Source: Candidatus Dadabacteria bacterium (lineage in GTDB: Bacteria > Desulfobacterota_D > UBA1144 > Nemesobacterales > Nemesobacteraceae). From it: DNA of 64,000 bases. The DNA lies in contig JAPPFE010000021.1 in assembly GCA_028823955.1 (NCBI GenBank), positions 4,165 to 68,164 of the forward strand, given 5' to 3'. A program made the translations under genes and the position numbers. How positions within the stretch are numbered: the first letter of the stretch is position 1; every line of letters begins with the position of its first letter. Of the stretch, positions 57,553-64,000 are shown in pieces. The notes beneath the pieces are model-generated. The model had not been told where the DNA came from and searched no databases. It saw only the letters and a program-made list of their open reading frames with translations.

Positions 57553-58329
57553 CTAATGCTCTCCCGACGCCCTCTTCTCCTTTTCTTCTATCATATACCT
57601 AACGGCGGAGCGAACAAACCTGTTTCTCTCCGCCTCCCCCAGCACTCCTTTAAGGGCGTCGTGAACCGAGGGATCGACTATAAGTGCCCCAAGCGAACCT
57701 TCTCCTTCCCTGATCATCCGGGAAATCTCGGCCAAGTTGGAGGAGAAGCTCCGCATGTCGGCCGCAAACTGCTCGTCGTAGATGAGAGTATGCAGGAAAT
57801 CCTCCCGCTTCTCATCCGCAAACGCCCCCACTATCTTGTCGAGACTCCTGGAGATGGACGTGAGGTTAGTAACGAATTCCTCTGACTGGCTTATTATCTC
57901 CTGCATCTCGGGCGACGTGTAACCCCTGATCACGATCCCGTCGCGGGCCTTGCCTATGCTCTCTCCCTGGCCGGGAACGATCTCGACGAACTTCGCCCCC
58001 AGAAGTCCTTCGGTCTTGATCGTGGCGTGGGAGTCCTTCGAGATTCTGGAAAGCGCCCGCTTGTTGATTTCCATTATGACCTGAACCTTCCCGAGGGAAG
58101 AATCGTCCGAGAAACGGATGGTCGACACGGATCCCACTCCCACTCCCGAGAGTCGCACATAGGCACCCTCGAGCAACCCAGCCGAGTTGTCAAAGTAGGT
58201 CTTTACCTTGTACTCCCTCTCAAAGAGCTCTTCCTGGCCGCTTATCGTGAAAACTCCGTAAACGAATATAGCGATCGATGCGAGGACGAAAACCCCTACC
58301 TTGAGTCGGGCCGATTTCTGCTTTTCCAT
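57553..58329 (-). CDS. MCE-domain protein (MlaD-like)
   Basis: N-terminal TM anchor plus MCE domain (VRLSGVGVGSVSTIRF). C-terminal extension. Confidence 0.75.
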   Translation of the reverse strand: MEKQKSARLKVGVFVLASIAIFVYGVFTISGQEELFEREYKVKTYFDNSAGLLEGAYVRLSGVGVGSVSTIRFSDDSSLGKVQVIMEINKRALSRISKDSHATIKTEGLLGAKFVEIVPGQGESIGKARDGIVIRGYTSPEMQEIISQSEEFVTNLTSISRSLDKIVGAFADEKREDFLHTLIYDEQFAADMRSFSSNLAEISRMIREGEGSLGALIVDPSVHDALKGVLGEAERNRFVRSAVRYMIEEKEKRASGEH

Positions 58330-58480
58330 CTGCGCTCACCCGGCGCGGCCGACACGCCTGATCTCTGATATTGTACCATATTGTTTGCAAGCAGAGAATT
58401 GAAAATCCGGGCGACTGTGATAACCTGAATTATTCCTTTCCATCCGAGGCACGCCCCGATTCCGAAAAGGAGTTTATTTC

Positions 58481-60046
58481 ATGACAAAGATAAAAAGAGC
58501 GGTAATAAGCGTTTACGACAAAAAGGGGATAACCACGCTCGCAAAGGGCCTGGGGGAACTCGGCGTTGAGATGCTCTCAACCGGAGGGACCGCCAGGAGG
58601 CTTAGGGACGGCGGGGCGAAAGTGACGGAAATATCGGACTACACGGGGTTTCCCGAAATACTTGGAGGAAGGGTGAAAACGCTTCACCCCAAAATACACG
58701 GAGGCCTTCTTGGAATGAGGGACGATGAGCGCCACCTTGGGGAAATGGCCGAGAATTCCATAGAGCCGATAGACATGCTCGTGGTCAACTTCTACCCTTT
58801 TGAGGAAGTGGTCGCGAAAGAGGGAACCACGTTTTCTGAAGCGATAGAGAACATAGACATAGGCGGGCCGGCGATGCTTCGGGCCGCGGCGAAGAACCAC
58901 GCGTCGGTAAGCGTGCTCACCGACCCCGAAGACTACGGTGCCGTGCTCAGGGAGCTTCGCAGAAACAAGGGAAAAATCTCCCCCGAAACCAATTTCCGCC
59001 TCTCGGCAAAGGCCTTTTCCTACGTCTCGAGGTACGACGCGGCGATATCGAATTATCTCTCGTTCCTCGAACCTGACGGCGAAAGAAACCCGCTTCCGGC
59101 GACCTACACCCTCTACCTCGAAAAAAAGCTTGATCTTCGCTACGGGGAGAACCCCCACCAGCTGGGGGCCTTCTACACGGAAGGCGGCATAGAAGGGGCG
59201 CACTGCGTGGCAAACGCCAGACAACTCCAAGGGAAAGAGCTTTCCCTTAACAACATATACGACACCGACTCCGCCTTCGAGCTCGTAAGGGAGTTCCAAG
59301 AGACCGCATGCGTAATAGTGAAGCACAACAATCCCTGCGGAGCGGCACTCGGGGACACTCCGGCAGAGGCGTTCTCCCGGGCGAGGGAATGCGACCCGGA
59401 AAGCGCTTTCGGCGGGATAATCGCCTTTAACAGGGAGGTTGACGAGACCGCGGCCGGGGAGATAGCCGGCATGTTCGCCGAGGTCGTGATAGCCCCCGGT
59501 TTTTCTGAGAAGGCGCTCATGCTGCTTGGGGCAAGGAAGAACCTGCGGGTGCTTCTTTCGGGAGGCATGGATATCGGCGGGGCGGGCATCTGGGACATAA
59601 AGAAAGTGACGGGAGGGGCACTCATACAGCAAAGCGACAGGGGATTGGAAGATGATTTCTCAGAGATAAAGATTCCGACCAGGAGAAAACCCACCCCCGA
59701 GGAAATGGAAGATCTGCGCTTCGCTTGGAAAGTCTGCCGGCACACCAAGTCAAATGCCATTGTCTACGCGAGAAACCTCCGGACGATGGGAATAGGGGCG
59801 GGGCAGATGAGCAGGGTAGATTCAGTCAGGATCGCGGGGATGAAGGCCCGAACGCCGACTGACGGCTCGGTACTCGCTTCTGACGCGTTTTTCCCTTTCA
59901 GAGACGGAGTTGACGAGGCGGCGCGTGCGGGAATCACGGCAATAGTGCAGCCCGGGGGATCCGTAAGGGACGACGAAGTGATAGCCGCAGCGGATGAGCA
60001 CTCGATGGCGATGATCTTTACCGGAAAAAGGCACTTTAAGCACTGA
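58481..60046 (+). CDS. purH: bifunctional AICAR transformylase / IMP cyclohydrolase
   Basis: 521 aa. MGS-like N-domain (RALISVYDK-type start). AICARFT C-domain. Confidence 0.95.
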   Translation: MTKIKRAVISVYDKKGITTLAKGLGELGVEMLSTGGTARRLRDGGAKVTEISDYTGFPEILGGRVKTLHPKIHGGLLGMRDDERHLGEMAENSIEPIDMLVVNFYPFEEVVAKEGTTFSEAIENIDIGGPAMLRAAAKNHASVSVLTDPEDYGAVLRELRRNKGKISPETNFRLSAKAFSYVSRYDAAISNYLSFLEPDGERNPLPATYTLYLEKKLDLRYGENPHQLGAFYTEGGIEGAHCVANARQLQGKELSLNNIYDTDSAFELVREFQETACVIVKHNNPCGAALGDTPAEAFSRARECDPESAFGGIIAFNREVDETAAGEIAGMFAEVVIAPGFSEKALMLLGARKNLRVLLSGGMDIGGAGIWDIKKVTGGALIQQSDRGLEDDFSEIKIPTRRKPTPEEMEDLRFAWKVCRHTKSNAIVYARNLRTMGIGAGQMSRVDSVRIAGMKARTPTDGSVLASDAFFPFRDGVDEAARAGITAIVQPGGSVRDDEVIAAADEHSMAMIFTGKRHFKH

Positions 60047-60209
60047 GCACCTGCCGGTTAAAGAAAGGATTGGGCGATATTCTTTCTTTACGGAAGCTCT
60101 AAAGAAAGCTTTTGCGGTTTTCCTTTCTTAAGGAGACCTCCAAGAAGAGGGTGCTTTCGCTAGAGATAAGCAACGGAAAACGCTTAGCGCTTGGTGACCT
60201 CGCGATATT

Positions 60210-60449
60210 TCACCTCTCTTGACAGCCAGAACTCCGCACTGCCGCCAACGCCCGTTCCAGTCGAAACGCGGCATCCTCCGTAATCGCCGCCTTGCCTTGT
60301 ACAAGCCGGCTTACGTGCTTTGTCGTATAACCGGTACGGTCTGCGAACTTAGCCTGAGCCCAGTTTTTCTCTTCGAGAATGTCAAGAATCGTATCTCCAG
60401 GCGGAGACAAACGCCATTTCGGTTCAAACCGATCAAGATTTTCAGTCAT
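60210..60449 (-). CDS. HigA-like XRE-family antitoxin (COG3093 / VapI type), orphan
   Basis: 79 aa. HTH AQAKFADRTGYTTKHVSRLVQGKAAIT. AGGAGA SD 8 nt upstream. No partner toxin ORF in any frame upstream (60450-60740). Confidence 0.65.
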   Translation of the reverse strand: MTENLDRFEPKWRLSPPGDTILDILEEKNWAQAKFADRTGYTTKHVSRLVQGKAAITEDAAFRLERALAAVRSSGCQER

Positions 60450-60854
60450 GACAGTCTCCTATAAATACAATCCGTATTGGTTTCAATGGGAAACTATATA
60501 CAAGGTTACAATTATCTCTCTATTCAGCTATTTGAACGAGTGTGGAATAAAGATTTCTTAAGGAAAGGCCTAGCCAACATTTCACAACTTCACTAATTAA
60601 CCTAGGAAGTTCCGTGATTATAACTTATCTCGGAAAACCTGACTGTCACAGCTAAGAGATGTTTTTGCAGAATCAACCACAAAAGTTTTCTACACACTTT
60701 TTGCTATCAAAAAGATTTTTCGACTGTCTAAAGCATTCCGGCTTCTGCCCTCGTGAAAGCTACTCTTATTAAGCCATTGCTTTTATGGTTAAATAAAGAT
60801 AATCGACTATGCTTATTTGACTTTTCTTTTCTCACCGTTATCATACTTAGCGCT

Positions 60855-62312
60855 ATGCGGAAAGTTCCCGAAGAAGAAATCCTCAAGCGGTTGCGTGTTG
60901 ACAACCCTTGGTGGAAGAACCGAAACAATGTCAGGTGGAAAAAATATCCTGAACGGGTCTATTTAACCCCGTTTTTCGAACTTGTATACAGGAAGAAAAT
61001 TAACAGGGCGATTGTGCTGATGGGACCGCGCAGAGTCGGTAAAACTGTTATGGTTCACCAGGCAATTGCCAAGCTAATAAAGGAAAAAGTTCCACCGCGG
61101 CGGATTCTCTACGTTTCTCTGGACAATCCTCTGTATTCAGGCCTCTGGCTTGAAAAAATACTTCTTATGTTCTCCGAACTAAACTCTTTAACGCAAAAGG
61201 AGCGTTGCTATGTTTTTTTTGACGAGATTCAGTATTTAGGCGACTGGGAGAGACACCTCAAATCCTTAGTTGATTCCTACCCGCAGCACCGTTTCGTAGC
61301 TACCGGTTCGGCTGCTGCTGCGCTAAAACTGAAAAGCAATGAATCCGGAGCCGGGAGATTCTCTGATTTTACACTTCCTCCTCTCACGTTCTATGAATAT
61401 ATAAGATTCTCGGACACTAATAAAAAATCCCCTTTTCTGCAAAAAGACGGTTCTTTTGAACCCAGAATTCTCGAAAAAATTGAAGATTTAAACAATGAGT
61501 TCATAAATTATATAAATTTCGGCGGCTACCCAGAAACCGTATTTCTGAAGGACGCCAGAGAAAACCCCCGTTTCGTCAAGGACGATATTATAGATAAGGT
61601 GCTTCTGCGGGATTTGCCAAGCCTGTACGGAATTCAAGACATCGCAGAACTAAACAGGCTGTTTGTGACGCTTTCCCACAACACGGGACAAGAAGTTGAC
61701 CTGCCTGGCATTTCTCAAGACTCAAACGTGTCGAAAGATACGATATTGAGATATCTGGAATATCTGGAAGCAGCTTTTCTGATAAAACGCGTAAATAGGG
61801 TTGACAGAAGTGTCCGGAAGTTTAAAAGAAACCACACATTCAAAGTCTATTTAAGGAATGCCTCGATGTACCCAGCGCTGTTCGGTTCCGTGAGTAAGAG
61901 CAACAAAGCCGTCTTGGGAAGATTGGTAGAGACAGCTGTTTTCAGCCACTTTTTTCATTTCGCGGAATATCTAAACCCACATTATGCAAGATGGAAAAAC
62001 GGAGAGGTTGATCTGATAATCATGGACGTACTGGGAAAACCCATTCAGGCGGTTGAAATCAAGTGGTCCAACAGACCGCTTGAAAACCCGTCTCAGCTTA
62101 AAGCGTTGCTTAGTTTTGGCGAAAAAAACCAACTTAGCAGTTCGAAAAAATTGATTTGCTGTACTCTTACCAAACTCGATTCCCGGACATACGGCAATAA
62201 AGAAATCGTGTTTTGTCCGACAAGTTTTTTCTGTCTTCTGTACGGACAATCTCTGGAAAGTCCGGAATTCAGAAAAGCTTTGATTGGGCCTTCAATTGAA
62301 GGTGAGAATTAA
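60855..62312 (+). CDS. AAA+ ATPase with DUF4143 C-terminal domain (COG1373 family)
   Basis: Walker A GPRRVGKT. Walker B VFFDEIQY. C-terminal DUF4143-like region. AT-rich codon usage. Start placed at ATG 60855. Confidence 0.8.
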   Translation: MRKVPEEEILKRLRVDNPWWKNRNNVRWKKYPERVYLTPFFELVYRKKINRAIVLMGPRRVGKTVMVHQAIAKLIKEKVPPRRILYVSLDNPLYSGLWLEKILLMFSELNSLTQKERCYVFFDEIQYLGDWERHLKSLVDSYPQHRFVATGSAAAALKLKSNESGAGRFSDFTLPPLTFYEYIRFSDTNKKSPFLQKDGSFEPRILEKIEDLNNEFINYINFGGYPETVFLKDARENPRFVKDDIIDKVLLRDLPSLYGIQDIAELNRLFVTLSHNTGQEVDLPGISQDSNVSKDTILRYLEYLEAAFLIKRVNRVDRSVRKFKRNHTFKVYLRNASMYPALFGSVSKSNKAVLGRLVETAVFSHFFHFAEYLNPHYARWKNGEVDLIIMDVLGKPIQAVEIKWSNRPLENPSQLKALLSFGEKNQLSSSKKLICCTLTKLDSRTYGNKEIVFCPTSFFCLLYGQSLESPEFRKALIGPSIEGEN

Positions 62313-62393
62313 GCAAGTGCCCCCAAATCCAAGTTTGGGCATGACCATTGTAAAAAGAAAAAAGCCGCTTTTAACCTCGACCGGCGGGGGGAA

Positions 62394-63956
62394 TCAGTCA
62401 ACCTCAAGATAAGGCCCGATGTCCGAGTGGTTCTCTATGAGAAAGGAATTGCTCTCTATCATTGTCCCTCTCGCACGCTCAAGATCGGCAAGGGCTACCC
62501 GGTGGCTGGCAAAAGCGCTTATGTAGCTGGACTCCGCGCCTATGAGATCCCTCTGCGCTTCGAGGAGTTCCCTAGTGGTGGAAAGTCCCGCCTTGAACTT
62601 CTCTTCCTCGTTCCCGAGCACCTCCTTTGCGAGATTGGTGGAAAGCAGGGCGGCTTCCATTCTCCTCTGGCTGCTTGCGATCTCCCTTATGGCGTTCCTA
62701 ACGTCGAGGCGCACTGTATCTTTCTGTTTCTGGTAGCTTATAACGCTTCGGTCATAGTCGGCGCGGGCTTTCGCGTAGTTTCCCCCGGCCTTTCTACCGA
62801 AAATTGGAAAACTTAACTTCCCCGTAACGCTCCAGCTCGGAAAATCGCGGTCGACGATGCTGTCGTAGGCATGCGAGGAATCGGTGAAGCGACGGGGCAC
62901 GCCGCCAGACTCTCCGAAAACTAGCCTGTCGGGATTCTCGGAGCCCCCAAGGCCCAGGTACTCGAGGCGGCCCTCGACTGTGAGACGCGGCAGTCTCTGG
63001 CGGAAGTAGAAGGTCTTAAGCGCCTGTGCCTTCTCCATCTCCCGCTCCGCCCGGCGCATCTCGGGGCGGTTCTCAAACGCCTGCACTACGGCCACGGCCT
63101 CCGAGGGCGGTTCGTAAGCAGTAGGCATGGAATCGGTTACCTCGAGCAGCTCAACGCTTTCCTCCAAGGGGATAACGAGCAGGTTTTTAAGCGCATCCAT
63201 AGACGCCTCGTAGGCGTTCTCGGAGTTTATCATCCTCACCTTCCTGGCGGCGCTTTCAGAGCGCGCCTGGGTGAGGGCGACCCTGGGCAGAACCCCGACC
63301 TCCACTTTTATTCGGGTTCTTCTCTCAAGGTCCAGGGCAAGATCGTAGGCTTTTTTCTCAAGATCGCGGTCGTGGGCCGCGGCCACGACTCCCCAGTAGC
63401 TTCTCTCAAGATCGAAAAGAGTCTTCGCCACCATGAGCTCAAATTCGTAAACGGATATGTCCCTGTTCTTTCTCGAGAGCACCACGGATACCCTGTTGGA
63501 GGCTATATCGAAGCCGCGGAGCAGCTCCTGCCCCACGCTGAAACCTAGGCTCGCGGCCCACGAAGGGCTCAGGCTCTCAAGCGGAGAATCGGTCTCGGTC
63601 CGCGATACTTCAAGATCGTAGAGCTTGTAGAAGGTTCCGGTGGGCAGCTTCCCCGAGAGTTCGCTTCCGAAGGAGAAAACCTCGGCGTTTACTATTCCGT
63701 CCTCTATGAAGGCGCTGAGAACGGGGGTTTTTGTGTCGGCGTAGGAGGCCATGAAACTTATCTCGGGGTCATAGACTCCCCGTTTGCTCTTGTACTCCCC
63801 GCGTGCGGCGTCGACGCCGAGCATCCATACCCTTACGTCATGGTTTTTCTCAAGGGCCATTATCTTCGCCTGCGTGAGAGTGAGGGCCTGCGCCCCGACC
63901 GAGGCAAAGAGAAGACACGCAGCGAAAACCAGAAAGATCTTAAAATGTTTTGACAT
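62394..63956 (-). CDS. TolC-family outer-membrane efflux protein
   Basis: 520 aa. Signal peptide. Two OEP repeats. Confidence 0.85.
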   Translation of the reverse strand: MSKHFKIFLVFAACLLFASVGAQALTLTQAKIMALEKNHDVRVWMLGVDAARGEYKSKRGVYDPEISFMASYADTKTPVLSAFIEDGIVNAEVFSFGSELSGKLPTGTFYKLYDLEVSRTETDSPLESLSPSWAASLGFSVGQELLRGFDIASNRVSVVLSRKNRDISVYEFELMVAKTLFDLERSYWGVVAAAHDRDLEKKAYDLALDLERRTRIKVEVGVLPRVALTQARSESAARKVRMINSENAYEASMDALKNLLVIPLEESVELLEVTDSMPTAYEPPSEAVAVVQAFENRPEMRRAEREMEKAQALKTFYFRQRLPRLTVEGRLEYLGLGGSENPDRLVFGESGGVPRRFTDSSHAYDSIVDRDFPSWSVTGKLSFPIFGRKAGGNYAKARADYDRSVISYQKQKDTVRLDVRNAIREIASSQRRMEAALLSTNLAKEVLGNEEEKFKAGLSTTRELLEAQRDLIGAESSYISAFASHRVALADLERARGTMIESNSFLIENHSDIGPYLEVD

Positions 63957-64000
63957 CGAGATACTCCGTTACGTTGGAACCGGACCCCGGCGTTTCGTAT

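Noticed and set aside
58330-58480. Possible ZTP (pfl) or purine riboswitch in the purH leader
   Set aside because: Neither the conserved ZTP pseudoknot element CCGCCUGGGCA nor purine-riboswitch core motifs are present in the 150-bp leader.
60450-60760. Expected HigB/COG3549 toxin gene upstream of the HigA-like gene
   Set aside because: I reverse-complemented and read all three frames by hand. Each is interrupted by stops every few codons, so at most a badly decayed remnant remains.
1-64000. CRISPR arrays, rRNA genes, tmRNA or other structured RNA genes
   Set aside because: I saw no CRISPR-like repeat-spacer periodicity, no rRNA-like conserved blocks, and no RNA gene other than the single tRNA-Gly. 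The only tandem short repeats are the operator-like pairs reported above.

Overview
This 64 kb window is a chromosomal segment from a Gram-negative bacterium, inferred from the TolC, MlaD, LapA, autotransporter and OMP genes. The backbone is about 55-60% GC and densely packed with housekeeping genes. Interspersed in that backbone are at least four AT-richer accessory patches; the GC contrast is a by-eye judgement, not a measured value. Housekeeping genes present: proC, yggS and yggT; prmC-murA-hisG; lon; ferritin; ggt; an EstA-like GDSL autotransporter; the nadB-nadC-nadA operon; glnD; dnaB; lipA; the sppA-rpsA-cmk-aroA block; mazG; an M24 peptidase; erpA; a fused accA-accD carboxyltransferase; nuoI; a murQ-anmK-nagZ operon that also contains an SSS transporter; tRNA-Gly(CCC); purH; and a TolC-family gene. 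Accessory patches: (i) a Fic-family gene at the window start whose upstream region carries two identical 24-bp palindrome-containing sites exactly 100 bp apart. (ii) A ~2.9 kb insertion between the M24 peptidase and erpA, bounded by a perfect 16-bp direct repeat, carrying an acidic lipoprotein gene, a 45-aa ORF with a strong RBS, and an IS110-family (DEDD) transposase with a long structured 5' non-coding region that is a candidate bridge-RNA locus. (iii) Directly downstream of tRNA-Gly, a higB toxin gene followed by an unusual 406-aa antitoxin. In that antitoxin a canonical HigA domain is fused to an ImmA/IrrE-type HEXXH metallopeptidase domain, and a 10-bp direct repeat sits in the promoter. 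(iv) An orphan HigA-like (COG3093) gene, a ~400 bp AT-rich non-coding leader, and a COG1373 AAA+/DUF4143 ATPase. No CRISPR array and no rRNA gene was seen. Gene calls were made from the six-frame ORF track and my own reading of the sequence. Protein identities rest on recognised motifs and recalled family signatures. No database search was run.
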